Positions 49,051 through 63,376 of a stretch of DNA of 64,000 nucleotides are shown in pieces. The DNA lies in assembly GCF_018977255.1 (NCBI RefSeq), contig NW_024704742.1, positions 104,224,001-104,288,000 of the forward strand. Reading direction: 5' to 3'. Source of the DNA: Callorhinchus milii (Eukaryota). Both the position numbers and the translations under genes were made by a program. Below the pieces are notes generated by a model. That model was not told the origin of the DNA. It made no database searches and saw only the letters and a program-made list of their open reading frames with translations. The first letter of the stretch is position 1. The number at the start of each line of letters is the position of its first letter.

Positions 49051-51454
49051 TAGGGGTTTTAGGAGGAAATTCTTCACCCTGAGTGTGGGGAGAATGTGGA
49101 ACTCATTGCCGGAATCTGTAGTTGAAGCAAAAAGCATCATTGTATTTAAGAGACAACTTGATGCATACATAAGCAAGAAGGGAATGGGGGAACATAGCAA
49201 AGGGGAATAGAAGGGGTGGAGGCTCATAAAAACATGAGTTAACACTTTTTATTTGATACTTATAATCCTTTTTAGTTAATTGTGTGAATTCATTGTTAAT
49301 TTTGCTCCTAAAGTATGTTTACAAATGCTGCTGTTTAAACCAATTCATGCAAATGCAATTGTAGCTTATTAATTGTTTCCGTAGCAGTGCGCAGAGGAAT
49401 GCAATATTCTCCTTTTCTTTGATCTCTTTGAAGGGTTCATTCACATTCCTGCATGTAATCTCTCCTAGCTCCGCTCAAGCTAATACACCACCAGTAACAT
49501 TCCGCTGGGACCATCCCAATGTGGTCACTCTCCACTGTGTACTTTTATCTGTACTTTATGAACTGCAAACAACTTATTTCTCAAAGCCTACAATTCTCTT
49601 TCAATCCCTGGATGTAGGCTGCTCACCCCTGTCAGTCAAATGATACAGTTCTCCATTGAGAAGAAAGTCTGCTTGCCTATTTGGTGCACACATACATACC
49701 CTGTTTCAAACACTCCTTTTGCTTTAATCCCATCAATAATTCAACAGATGCAAACCACACAACGTTCCTGGTCTTACATTATGCACCTATGAAAAATCAC
49801 ATTTCTTTCAGCTGTTTAGGGTTAGTTCATTCAACTCCTAATTCAGTAGCAATCTTCCTCCTCCTGCCACCCCGTCACTGCACCATTTTTCCTGCATGTG
49901 GTCTGTGAGGTGTGAAGAGACACTGTTCCCTGCTGCTTTCTTGGTATTAGTGCTGTTGTGATTTGAAATGTTCCTGTGCTTTTTCTAAAAAAAGAGATGA
50001 CTGATTTGAGCATCAAACAAACAGTTGTGATCCAGTCGTCAGTAAAGGCTGAACAATTCAAACAAACCAAATAGTCTGTTTGCTTCTTTAGTTAATCAAG
50101 AACTCTGGAACTCTTTGGTGCAGTTCCTCTGTAGCTCAGTTTTGTGTACAACAACAACAACAAAATTACATTTGGACAGCGCCTTTCACATTGGGAGGAC
50201 GCTCCGTGTAACGTATAATGTTATTTGAATTACGTGGAATTAAGGAAGGGAAGGAAATGATTTTCAGGCAACATTTGTAACAGGATCAGAAATCTCAACA
50301 ATGTGATAAGGCGCGATATTCAAATGCAAGGATTCTTCTCATTATTATAAGTACTTCTTCACAAAAAGTTGTGAGAATGTGGATGTACTGCTCCAGAAAG
50401 CCGCAAATGCAAAATCGACTGCTGTGTTTACAAGGAAGATACACAGATGAAATTAATTGTGAAATTAATATAGAATTGATTGATTTGTTTAAAAGGGGGA
50501 TAGATAGATGCTTCAGAAGAAAAGGGTATTCAAGGATATTGAGGGAAACAGGAAAATTACATAAAATCTACAAATAGCTCCCATAAATTAATGAAATAGC
50601 AGAGCAGATTTGACAGGATAACTAGCCAACTATTCAGGATTGGGGCTCTTATTTTATTTTCAACTAATACTTTTGCAGAGTGTAATTTGCGTCTGCTGAT
50701 TGTTTAGTGTAAGTTGTCTGTAGAGAATGAATTGACATCTTGAAAGAAAGACATGCCTACTTGTAAATAGAGGGGGAATGAGGGGAAGGGGCTGTATGAT
50801 GATATATAGATGATAATGTCTTTTGCATGATTCACTGCTCATGCAATTTAGCATTACTTTAGACATTTGTTTCAAATGCTAAGCCTAGGGGTGGGGGTGG
50901 GGAAGGTCGGACTACAACAACAAAAACAACTGGCATTCTGGAATATGTTGTATTCGAGAGGGCAGACGTCGGGAGACATGTTTTTCCAGTATAGCTGCAA
51001 AACACACCACAGCAATGACACAACTTCCTGACTCAGCACCATTTACAAGAATTTCCAAGGTTGCAGACTGTATAAACCATATTACAACACTTCACTCACT
51101 TCAATCTGCTCTTGGGCTATCTTTCAAGCTGTACATCACAACAAGTGCTTCACCTGCAGCTGCTGCAGATTAGAAAATCTCTGTTTATGGTACTGTAAAT
51201 GTGCCAGAAATGCAGAACTAATGTGGAATATTTGCAAACTGGATTCATTGTGTTAATTTCAGCTTTTGGTTTCTGATATATCCAGTGAATCGCAAAATCC
51301 AAGTCGACAAAGTCCCAAAACAGATGACAAACAAGACATGATTTGCCAATGGTTCAGGGGAAATGTCTTAAAACTGGAGGTTGCAATTAATATAACAGAT
51401 ATGGTTTGTAAATATTGCAAATGAAGCCTGCATGTTCATTCCTACAGACGAAAG

Positions 51455-51638
51455 AAACGCGGCAGCCAATTTCACACAGCAGTGGCCCACAAACAGTCAT
51501 GGATTGAGTGACCAAATTATTATTGTTTTTTTTCTTGAAGGCTTATTATCCAGTGTGTGGAGTAAGTAAACTTGCCCAAAGTTACTCCCCCCCGGGAATC
51601 AAACCCTCGTTTCCGAGGTTACTGAGCTACAGGACTCC
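51455..51638 (-). mobile_element. tRNA SINE, partial
   Basis: Reverse complement has GGAGTCCTGTAGCTCAGT head, TTGGGCAAGTTT and body. Confidence 0.8.
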
Positions 51639-53794
51639 TTGTATAGCCTGTGAAGCGTTTTGAGAGGTCCTTCCAACATGAAAGTGCTAATCCAAATATA
51701 AGGATTATTATTATATTGGATCACCAGCTTTCCTGATCACCCTACCCATATTTTTGGCTATCAATTCCTGTGAATTATAAAATCTGCTGCCATTTATCTA
51801 TCAATAGTGTGAGTCCTTCATCCTTCTACAGTTCAGGGTGACTGTCTACTTTCTGTAGGTAGTTATATCACTTTGGATGGCCTGTAAAACAATACGTAAA
51901 CCATTAGATTGATACTCTGGACATTTGTATGATGCAGCAGCTCTTTCGGAACTGAGTCAGACATTTCTTTCCTTTTGCTTCAAAACAGTTGTGCCACCTT
52001 TAGTCATTAAGTTCTATTTGCATCAGGGCATTTCTGTTTGAGTTTACGTGCAAAGGGTTGAATGTAATGTAGGAAGTTGTCTTCAAATATCTGATTTGTA
52101 GCATAGCTCATTAATCATTACATATATGGCAAACAAACTGCAGACACTGGGATTAAACACCAGCTCAAAATACCTATGGATCCACAATCTCTCAGTCGAA
52201 TTTCTCGGTCTGATGAGCTTCACGGTGACCTATGTGAATTCCTTTGTGCAGGGGTTTCTATTGGCACAGTCAGTTAGGGGTTCATCTCCTAGACTTTTTG
52301 CTATTTACTCGTGATCCCTGCAATGTTTTGAATAAGAAACAAAATATTTCTATGAGCATAGCCCGAATATTTTCCAAGTGTTATTTCATGAGTTATTCGG
52401 CCCTGTTATACTTCACCATTATTTATTTTGAAGAGTTCAAACACTGCTACCTAGGAACACATAAACCACAGCATTGTAACAGGGAGACATTGTAACATTT
52501 ATACCCTGTACATTTGAGTGATGAGGGGAGGGAGGAGAGGAGGGGAATGACCATTATTAACCCCAGAAATAAGGTGGTCAAAAACAGTTAACATTAAGGC
52601 TTTTGTAAATACATGAGAAAAAGAAAAGTCGTTTTTGACAACAAGCAGAGATTTGACATGACAGAAGGTTTCGTTGCTGTCAGACAAGAATGCTCATTTT
52701 GTACATTGATTTACAGTGCAGAGTCTGGGCTTGTTCTAGGCCTCTGGCTTTCGGCATTGTTCTTCGACTTGCGATAATTAAAGCAACAATTTGATTGGGA
52801 AGATAAATACAGCAGTGCAGACTTTAATTCATTTTCCCCTTGAAGTTTACAAAACCTGACCAGGAAGATAAAGTCTCTGAGAGGCCAGTGTGTCTGGGTG
52901 ATCAGTCACCATGCTGTCAATGGACAAAACCCTACAGAATACTGCATTACTAGGTTACAATTTTGAGGTAAGGTTACAGTGAACTTTGGTGCTTGACTTC
53001 TGCACTCGCTAATTTTGGAAAGACCTGAAGCCAAATACTTAAACATCAATTTTACTTAATCATTGGTTTCTTGGGTTTATGATCATTGCATTTTGCGATT
53101 CACAAGCATTGGTCCAAAGTATCTAAAGGAAGATTTGGCCTATAAAACATACAGTTACTGTAATTTAAATTGTATAAGGCGCTTTGAGATGTCCTACCAA
53201 TGTAAACGATTATTATTTTATTATTAAATAGAGGTTATTTCACAGCGTATATGCCTGGGGGAGGTGGATAACGGTAAAATAATTGTGGTACACGAGCGAA
53301 AATTTAAAGCTTAAAAAGTACGAGAAGCCTAAAAGTAATATTTTATGTATGTGGGAACTGTATGTCTGATACACCCCACTTACCACATGAAATGTTACAC
53401 AGTGTGGCTGTGCTTTTTCAGGATACCTTTCAATCCAGCACACTGAACCATTGCATTTTTCAATGAGTGCAAGACATCACCCAGCAACGGCTTTGTTTTG
53501 GGAGCAGCCACTGTGGCAAAACCTTGAATACCCCAAACTCCCCTTTATTCAAAATCAGCAAAGTACAACAATCTCCCTCGCACATCAGTGTTGTGCAGTA
53601 ACACTTCACTGCGTTATCTGGGAGGAGAACTCCCATCCCCAGGCTGGAATTTCCGATATTCCAAACAATTTAGACTTTCTATTGTGCTAATGAATGAAAG
53701 GCCTAAGTATTTCCTTTTTAACAAAAAACTATTGTAGGCTTGCTTGCATTGTAAAATCATAATTTTTTTGTCTCATTAGACAAATAGAAATATA

Positions 53795-53910
53795 CAACAA
53801 CAACTTGGATTTATATAGCTCCCTCCACGCCGGACAGCATCTCAGAGCGCTTCACAGTAACGGATCCCGGGGCCGAGCGGGGGGAGGGGAGGAAGGTGAC
53901 CAAAGGCGCA
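53795..53910 (-). mobile_element. L2 3' end (second tail family) with 17-bp TSD
   Basis: AGACAAATAGAAATATA at 53778-53794 and 53911-53927; tail matches 42186-42246. Confidence 0.85.
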
Positions 53911-54429
53911 AGACAAATAGAAATATAACCTTGACAGTAGCAAAACGTGGCAAATTTAACAAAACTATCCAGACTTTATGCGACACTGCCATGTTGTGTT
54001 AATTGTTACAGTAAATATATAATTGAGATTGAGGCATGGTGTAGTGATGGAAGTAATAGTAAGTGAACTAGGGGACCCCAGAGCGTGCTTTGGGCTACTC
54101 CTGGAATTTAACCATGCGGTTTTAACTTCCCTCCAAGAAAGGAGTACACATTCCATTCCAGACACAGGGAAATTTCCACGTGTAGGTGGCAATACATATG
54201 TGGAACTCTGTCTGGTTTGGATCCTTTGCACTTAAACATGGTGATGGGTTTCCGCATGTGCTAGACGCCCAGTTGACCAAAAAAATAACATTTGAAAATA
54301 GCAATACAATGAGCTATGGAAGTGGTGAGGTAGGACGGGGTTGGGGGTGAGCTTGATTCCCTGTATTGTTGAGTTCCCTAGATCATTCAGCTGCTATGGT
54401 GATTTATCAATTGAGTACTTTGTAAAAAA

Positions 54430-54880
54430 GGAGTCCTGTAGCTCAGTGATTATTGCACTTGCCTTCCAGGTGAGAGACCTGGGTTCGATTCCCGGCAGGG
54501 CAAAACCTTGGACAAGTTTCCTTACTGCACTGGCCTGATAATAATCCCTTTAAAAACAGAGGCATTAGGGGATATGGGGATCGGGCAGGTAATTAGAGTT
54601 AGGTCTGAAGATCAGCCATGATCTTATCGAATGGCAGGGCAGGCTCGAGGGGCCGAATGGCCTACTCCTGCTCCTAATTCTTATGTTCTTATGTTCTAAG
54701 AAAAAAAACACAATAATAATTTGGTCACTCAATCCACGACTGTTTGTGGGACACTGCTGTGCGCAATTGGCTGTATGTTGTGGACATTTCGTCCACCAAT
54801 ATGCAGTCAATTCACTTTACAGTATATTCTGTGAAGCGCTTTCAAAGACGTGAAAAGCACAATATCAAATGCAAGAATTA
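54430..54880 (+). mobile_element. tRNA SINE with nested CR1 3' end (about 54557-54697)
   Basis: SINE head and body are split in the A-rich linker by a CR1 3' UTR ending (TTCTTATG)n. Confidence 0.88.
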
Positions 54881-55249
54881 TAAGGATTGTAAATGAATAT
54901 CAAGCTGCTCTCTTGCGCCTTATAGTGGTCAGAAAAAATTGTGGTTTAAAGAGGGGAGCAGACTCGCTTACCTTTGTGAGTGCACCTGGTCCTGGCTGCG
55001 AGAGTTGAGACATCGGGGAGAAAACAGAAATTTGATTACAATCCCTCTCCTCTATCTTCTGCTCTTTTTTAAACAGAAAGATAACTAAAATGTTATTTTA
55101 CAGCTATTGAAAAAAATCTGAAGTCATCACTTCAAATATACCGTATTGTCATAAGTATAGATTGTGTTTCGGAAATGTTAATTACATTTTTGACGTAATA
55201 TGTTAATGATTTGGTGGACTGTTATCAATATAGTTTCATGTTGCTTAGG

Positions 55250-55605
55250 TGTCAACCTGGTTCAGTTGGTAACTCCCTCGCCTTTGAGTCAGAGGTACGA
55301 GTTCAAAACCCACATCAGGACTTTGAGTTCATAATCTAGGCTGACATTTTGATGCTAGGCTGAGGAGCTCTGCAATGTCAGGGGCGATGTCATTAGCACA
55401 TTAAACCGAGGTCCCATCCACTTAGTTCAGTTGGACGTTAAAGATTCCATGGCACTATTCGAAAAAAGAAGGTAATTTCTTCCTGTTTCCTGGCCAATTT
55501 CCCAGNAAAAAATTGGTTAATCACCTCATGGCATTTTACAGGACATTGCTGTGTGCAAATTAACTGTTGTGCTCATCACCACAGTCACTAAACTTCACAG
55601 TAATC
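55250..55605 (+). mobile_element. Old Deu-SINE, near full length
   Basis: TTCAGTTGGTAAC.CCCTCGCCT.TGAGTCAGA head; TTAAACCGAGG.CCC...AAAGAT.CCATGGCACTATTCGAA body. Confidence 0.78.
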
Positions 55606-58600
55606 AACAACAAATTGCATTTATATAGTGCCTTTCATGTCAGGTAAAATCCTGTGGAGCATTTCAACAATGTGATAAGACGTTCTATCACATTTAAAAA
55701 ATCTTTATTTATATGATTAGCTCTGCATTCTCAACTCAATAACTACTTTAACATCAGATCACAATGGTGTCCAACAGTGGATCGACATAATATCAATAAT
55801 TATTGTTTAATTGCTATAATAAGTAAAACATTTTATCTACTCTGCACTCTTTCATATCCAGTTCTCTTCATATCCAGTATTGGGCAACAATTGCTTGTTA
55901 ATTGGTGCTGAATTTTAGTAGTATTTCCAACCCCTTGACCCAAAAGTTATTCATATTATGAATTTGAATCTCAAGAAGAAGTGATAGTTTAAAGCTTTTC
56001 GTGAAAAGTAAGAGTGGAACCGAAGGTTGATATAAAACTTATAGTGTCACGTATTTTAATTTACTGATTGGGTCAACAGTGCTCAGTTTAATGAGTCACT
56101 CACCTGTGGCTGTTTGCAGGATGTTGCTGATTTCAATAGCAGTCACAAAAACAGTGACAATACAGTACTTGGCAGTAATTGCTTTTTGAAGCAGTTTGAG
56201 ATGTTTCAATATGGCAAGGCAAAGCAAATGTAAACTCTTCCTTTCTTTCCCACCCATGTACTCTGAGAGGATTGTGAGCAAGTCAAGGTTTTACTTCAGA
56301 GGGAAATAAGGGACAATTTGAACATTCTTTCAGTTATATCTGCCAAAATGCATTGTCAGAAATCCACAACAGGTTACTTTTTAATGGGAAAATGAAGTGT
56401 GATAAGGAGAGAACTGAAGGGAGGGGAGAAAAGTATTTGCTGGAAAGGTAAATCTCCTTTGATTCACTAACCGCAAGCCTCCCATTACTTGTGATTGCCA
56501 GTACACTACAAAGGTATATTTTGTTCTATTATTAACCCATCCTGTCATCTCTCACTCTATAGTAATTCGACCTTAATCTCTCCCCATCTCATCTCTTTCT
56601 TTTCGATAAGAGAAGGGGGCTTCTTCCGGTGTCTTGGCCAACAATCCCTCAGATAAACATGGTCATTCACTTCACGAATCTTTGTGGGACAATGTTGTGC
56701 ACAAATTAGCTGCCATGTTTGCCTATAAAATACTGAGACACTACAATTTACAGAAGCACTTTGACAAGATGAGGTGCTACATCAGATGCACAAATTATAA
56801 TTCCTTGAACTCAACCTGCCCATCCCATTGTAGGCAGGTGTCTAGTGACACTGGGTAATTCCCTACTGGGGGGCAGTGAGTTGCTTTCGTATGCCTCTTG
56901 GCAATCAATCAAACACAGCTTTGGCTTTGATTTGGGAGCAGGCTGCAGACACTATCCTCCAGACATAAGCACACGTTGTATTGTCTGGGAGGATTAAAGG
57001 TATATTTTCCTAGATCAAATAGAAGGAGAACTATACTGCTTAGCAGTATAAGACACTTTAGTTTAAATACTTAACCAAAAATAAACCTGCCAACTCGCAG
57101 GAAACAGCACCCAAAATAAAGGCAAGATGCTGGACTTAAATTTGCTGTTTTCTACCAGAAACTTCACAAGCTCACAAGCCTGGTTCTGATTAAAAACGCC
57201 ATTTGGCTCATCTGATCTTATCCTTCACCTCAAGACTAATGTCAAACATCACGGCCCATGTCACATCACAATCTACGTCAAGCATCATGATCTGCGTCAC
57301 ATCACGACCTCCGTCACATCTCTGTGTCCCATCCCGACCATTATCACCTCACAGCCTGTATCATGTCAACCTGCAGGAATTTTGATCTGAACTAAGATTA
57401 CATCAAAGGGGAATTTGCATGGATTGCTGATGTATGCAGTAGAACCTGATTATAAGTTGTTTGCTGCTTTGCTTGTACGTTTGCATTATGTACCTACTGT
57501 CGGCTTGGCCCTGTGGACTGCTGGCTTCCCACTCGCTAAGCATGCCATTTTTTAGTGCTTGGAAAAGCCGCCAATCATGTGATCAGTGATGTTGTGGGAG
57601 CTGACCAGCGATCGTGTCCTGTTATAGCAAGTTATAGCACTGGGTGGGAATTTATGGAGCCCAACTACTGGATTATAACAGCATTCCACTGTATATTTGC
57701 TTTCCTTATTGGGGAATCCCATTATAAACCACTGCATATTAGAGGGTTTTTGGGGGGACGGAGAGGCCAATGTTGCATTTGGTGAAAGGAGTTTGCAGAA
57801 AAAAAGACTTTGTTCAAGTTCATTACCCAGGTCTTTTGATGGCCTTCAACGTAGTATTGTTTCCAAAAAAAGCTTCCTTCCATTCCAGATATTGCTTCAG
57901 TAAAACAAGCAATTACATTTCAGTGAAGCAAGGTCTGCCTTTCCTTTGGTCACATTTCCTACTTTTGCCCAAACAAAGACATTTCCATAGGTCAGTTGAC
58001 TCTCACGGGTTATCCTGGTCTATTTAATTGTTACAAAGCCACTATGAGAAGAATTTCCAAAGATGAACCCCATAGGAGGAAAACTGAACCTCTCTGATTA
58101 CACAGCCAACATTAGATGGTGTTGAACAAACAAAGATCAGCTATTTGTTTTAGTTAAGGTGTTTCCTTTTTTATGCGTCAGGAAACAAGAGGAGCCACCA
58201 GAAAAATCACAGCTCAATTGTTTCATGGCAGATCCATCATTTTTATGAATGTGTGGCCAAACCTTTAATCCGAATCAGTTTGCAAGTGCTCGTCGAGACA
58301 ATCTGAATTGTGTCAACGTTTCACTAACAAAATATACAGTCACTTCACTTTACGTCCTGTGAAGTGCTTTGAGATTTCTTGATGACCTAACAAGATGCTG
58401 TATCAAATGCAAGGATTATTATTATCATTATAATCAATCATTGCATCATTTATATGTAATGCCACCGGGATTCCATTGTAGTATAAAGGTTGAGGTCAGA
58501 GTACACACAGACTTTCCAAGCACTAAAATATGGCAAGTTCGGCAAGTGATGTTGACGATGATCTGGAAGTCAGACATTTTTGGAGAGGGGGAGTCAGACA

Positions 58601-59427
58601 GCTTTCTGCACGCACACCCTAGCCATGTTGATGACAGTTTGCAACAAGAATATCCCAGGGTTTCATTTTTTTTTAGATTAGACATGATTTATGTTTTTCC
58701 ATTTCTTTCAAAACTGCCCCCATTTTTATAATTATAACCCTTTGGATTTAATATGAGCCTTATTATTACTATCGAAACATCTCAAAGCACTTTGAAGGAT
58801 TTACTACAAAGTGTACAGTGACTGTGTATTTATGGGCGAACACGGCAGCCAATTTGAATGCAGCAATATCCCACAAACAGCCCTGAAGTGAATAACCAAT
58901 TTTATCTGGAAGATTCATTGCCCAGGACACCAGAGAAAATTCCCTTCTCAGGAAAAAACTTCTCACAAGATAATCTCTTTACAGGAAATGGTGGGTGGGT
59001 AGGTGGGTGTGAGGATCGCTTTGCCGTCTATGGGGTATTTGTGTGCCGTCTAATGAAAGAAAGGATTTCTTGGTTGTTCCAAATGCCTTTTCTCACTCCA
59101 TGCGTTAATTGGTTTGAGAAGCCATGTTCTGGAGGAGTATCAGTGTTCTAGTCCTTAGTGCATAGAACCTTGTAAGAAAACATGTGTACCGTAGAAGTCA
59201 TGAATATCCATGTTAACTGTTTAGAAAATGTGAATATCTGAGATTAACAGCCAGTCAACTGATAATCCAATTGCTACTTTAATTATTTATTAATACAATT
59301 TGAATGTGCCTTATTTTCTGAAGATTGCCCCTCCCCATTTCTTCAGGAAATTGTACAGCGAAAATGAAACAGGTGAAATTGAATTCTGCCTTGATATTTA
59401 TTTTTTCTTTTGCCTTTGAATTTGTAG

Positions 59428-59519
59428 TGTACTGAAACATCCTACTTCTTTGAGCTGCCCAACAAAGCAGCCTGCAAACATTTATGGAGGTGCTGTGTGG
59501 AATACCACACATTTTTCAG
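59428..59519 (+). CDS. EPB41L4A: EPB41L4A exon 10
   Basis: tgtag|TGT...AG|gtacgt; 92 nt; [30 protein letters not shown](R), the end of the FERM C-lobe. Confidence 0.96.
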
Positions 59520-60849
59520 GTACGTGCCACAATATTGTGTTACTCTCAGGATTAAAGAACACTAAAGGGGACCTTGTTTCCTGTGGGAATCCTTGAACAC
59601 CAGATGACAATAGGTAGGTGCTCATTTATACCAAATTGTAGGCTTCAAAAATGGTATAAAAATGGGCAACACAACACAGCCCTGAATTTGAATTGCTGGA
59701 AGCGTCTGCATTTGCATAGTGTAAAACTCTCTGATTGTAACATTTTATATACAACATAAAAAAGAAATATAGTCCTGTGGCAGCTGAGCTCCACCCAGAG
59801 ACCACGTTTTCAGATCCAACCTTCATCATTTTTATTTCAGCAAAGTCATTTACCAATGTAATGAGCGAGGTTATGGGAAGTGTAACATCAATTTATTTGC
59901 CTTTCTCACTCTGATTAAATCACTGCTGAATGGACTCCTTGGAGATTACCATTTTTGCAGAGGCTTTAGGGTTGTTTTGCTGCACTGTCTTTTTTCAATA
60001 AAAAGAACAGGCTCCTTCAGGACATCACATTAAGTAACATGCTGCCGGGATACAATTTTATAATTGCAATACTGATGCTAATTGTATTCCTGTGCATCAT
60101 ATTCCAGTGTCTGTCTTCTATTCATCATTGTGACACAGTTGCACATCCCATCATTTCATGCATAATAATCAATTTTAATATAGTTTTAACATTCACAAAC
60201 CTTGGAGCCTGCACTATCTGCTTGAAACACTGCAGACAGGTGTGTCATACCCATTCTTAGCAATCCAGAGCTAAATTAAGCTACAATGCAATGCTAGTCT
60301 AGACTTGTGTCTCCTGAAGGATTTTCACAGGGATCTGTTCCTAACCTGGAAAATCAGGAGAGGTGGAATGATTCAGTGGAGGAATTCTAACTCTCTCATA
60401 CTTGGTTAACTTTTATTTATCTACCACTTTGTTTTAAATCAGCAATTTTTTTAATATAAAGTTTTTTTTGTTGTAAATGATCAAACTGCAGTTGTGTCCA
60501 CTGGTATAAGTATTGCCTGGAATGGTCATTCGTTTATTCTTCTCTTTCTTTCTCTCCTTTACCCCTCTTCTGAACACAATGACTCATGTTGGAGTGTGAT
60601 TTCACCTGCAGAATTGCTCCCTGTGAACCTTGTCCAACTTGTCTTTTATCACGTGAAAGGATTGAGCATCACAATGAGTGTCTGTTTGACTATAGATGCA
60701 TCCACAGCTGAAATTCATCCTTGTCCCCACTTGATCCTTAACTTAAACTGCATATGATGGAATACTGCTGCTCATAGTTTGGGAATACTGCAAAATGTTT
60801 CTTTGCTATGTTCTTTAAGTACTTCCCCTTTTTCATTATGTTCAATCAG

Positions 60850-60933
60850 GCTGCCCGAAGCTGATGAGTATTCCAATCCTATGTCACGGAAACTGAGCAA
60901 GCTGGGGTCTCTTGGTTACAAACATCGGTACAG
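60850..60933 (+). CDS. EPB41L4A: EPB41L4A exon 11, FERM-adjacent region
   Basis: atcag|G...AG|gtaatc; 84 nt; LPEADEYSNPMSRKLSKLGSLGYKHRY(S). Confidence 0.94.
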
Positions 60934-61604
60934 GTAATCGAATCTCACTGAATAAATGCTTTGCTCAGGGTAAAAACATTATGTTGAGGGAAATTCCTCA
61001 GCTGAATTAATTGCCTGTCTTGGTACATTAAAAGGGAGAGACTGGCAGAGGCGTTAGTAAATGCACACTCTGAATCTTGCGGTGGTTTTGATTTATAATA
61101 ATTGCCTACTGCTTGGGTTTTATTGCTCAAGCTTGCGAGACATTAAAAATAGCATATCACTGCTGCTGGAATAATTCTCTCTCATTTATAATGGATCAGT
61201 TCAATCCCTTTTAATGTATACTAAATCTAGTAATAATATTCTGTAGCTGCCTTTTAATCACGCACTGTCTAATAAACTTCCTGTTCTTCTGCCTCCGATA
61301 ATCTTTGATTATTCAGGCTAAATTCAATAATGTATCTCTTAGAGCTGGATGGGTATTGAAAAGATCAATCCCTTAGGGCTGCAGCCGCTGACAAAACTCA
61401 AACACATGCCACTGTGGTTTTTGAAAGGACCTCGGAACATTTCCCTTCTGGACCTGGTAGACCTAGTTTTGCAGTGACAAATAAATGAGGAACAAAGTTC
61501 GATTTGATTTTAAAGCACATTTGTACATGGGCTGTTTTAGAAGTGGAAAAGCTAGGTATTTTTTGTAAATTATATTGTTTAATGTTGTAAAACAAGGGCT
61601 ATAG

Positions 61605-62065
61605 AACTATAGAAATATACAGCACAGAAGAAGGTCAACCCATCGTGTCTGTGCTGGCTCTTTCAAAGAGTAATCTTTTCAGTCCTATTTACCTGCCATA
61701 CACCTATAAATTATTTATTTTAGCTATGTACCCAGTTCCCTTTCTCTATTATCTTGTCTTGAAGATCTGGCAGGGCATTCCACATCCTAACATTTCTTGA
61801 TGTAAAACAAATTCCACCTAATCTTCCCCCTTTCCTCCTTCGTTAACTTTCTTAAATTGATGCCCTCTGGGCACTGACTCACTGACCAATTTCTATCTAC
61901 TCTATCAATTTTAATAATTTTAAAGGCCTGCATTACGTCTCCCCTCAACCTTCTCTGTAGTCTCTGATCATGGGTCAAACCCTCATCCCTGGTATAAACC
62001 TAGCAAATCCTTGGCATCTTTTTAATTGGCATGACCAAAACTGAATGCAGTGTTCTAACTGCGGT
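61605..62065 (-). mobile_element. Old CR1 3' fragment
   Basis: RRLRGDV..AFKI remnant; 3' UTR like family 1. Confidence 0.7.
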
Positions 62066-62295
62066 CTAACTAACTAAAAGCAATCATGTACTTTTCCAGC
62101 CCTCTCCCCCAAAATACATACATGGCCCTTTGCAAATCTATTCCATTCAAGACAGTGATATTGCCAGATTACCAGCGTGCCTCACTGTAGGAGCTGAGAA
62201 AGTGTGGGTGTGAAGATGCCGGGAAGAATTAGAACGTTATTTTTCTTTCACATTATGAAATGAATACTTCCATATCTCACATCATGTCTGAACAG

Positions 62296-62417
62296 TGGCA
62301 GGACTGCGTTTCAAGTGAACCGAGACCAGTCCGTCGAGCTTCCGCGGCCTGACCAGAATGTACAGAGAACACGTAGTAAGACATACCCCAAGCGGACACA
62401 TCCGTCTCAGCAATCAG
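62296..62417 (+). CDS. EPB41L4A: EPB41L4A exon 12, FERM-adjacent region
   Basis: aacag|T...TCAG|gtaaga; 122 nt; GRTAFQVNRDQSVELPRPDQNVQRTRSKTYPKRTHPSQQS. Confidence 0.94.
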
Positions 62418-63009
62418 GTAAGATGCACAGTGTGGTGACCTGACCAACAATCCTCTAAATAAAATTGGTCATTCAGTTCAGCTTCGCTGCACTTTCACAT
62501 TCACATCACTTCATGACAGTTTGTGGGACATTGCTGTGTGTAAATATAATCTTTACAGGAAATCCTGGAAAGAGCTTTGAGTCCTCTCGACAGAGTGATA
62601 ATGCGCTACATTCATTGCAAGGATTATTTATTATTGTTGATTAGAGAAACAGTCCCATTTCATGTCTAGTTAACAGTAGCCCAGTTATTTTAAAAATATG
62701 TTTTGTTTAATTCTACTATTTAATCCAAGTGTGATTTAAGAAATATATTAGTGGTATCCCCAAAATGTGATCACAGAATCAGACTGCTTAAGACAAAATG
62801 GGACAAATGTGGTGCCTCTCCTGGTTGAAAAAGAATTGTTGGAATGTTTGAGGAGATATTTGAGGCATTTCCTTTTTCCAATCAAAAAGAATTATCAAAG
62901 GAGCAATTGTAAAATATCACAGATGTTATTGAGATAGTTACAGAATCAAGTCTGTAAAGTCTGTAAAGTGCAGTGCTGGATATAAAGTGATATGCAATGA
63001 TGGTATATA

Positions 63010-63366
63010 AAGGAATGTGTGGCGGTGTGTAAAGGGATGTGTGGTAGTGTGTAAAGGGATGTGTGGCAGTGTGTAAAGGGTTGTGTGGCGGTGTGTAAAG
63101 GGTTGTGTGGTAGTGTATAAAGGGATGTGTGGCAGTGTGTAAAGGGTTGTGTGGCAGTGTGTAAAGGGATGTGTGGCGGTGTGTAAAGGGATGTGTGGCG
63201 GTCTGTAAAGGTTATGTGTGGCGGTGTGTAAAGGGATGTGTGGCGGTCTGTAAAGGTTATGTGTGGTAGGTGTGTAAAGGGATGTGGTAGATGTGTAAAG
63301 GGATGTGTGGTAGGTGCGTAAAGGGATGTGTGGTAAGTATGTAAAGGGATGTGTAAAGGGATGTGT
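63010..63366. repeat. 22-bp minisatellite, resuming at about 63820-63885
   Basis: GTGTGTAAAGGGATGTGTGGCR units with period 22. Confidence 0.92.
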
Positions 63367-63376
63367 TCAATTCAAG

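Noticed and set aside
63010..63366. CRISPR-like array
   Set aside because: Contiguous tandem units with no unique spacers, in a vertebrate intron
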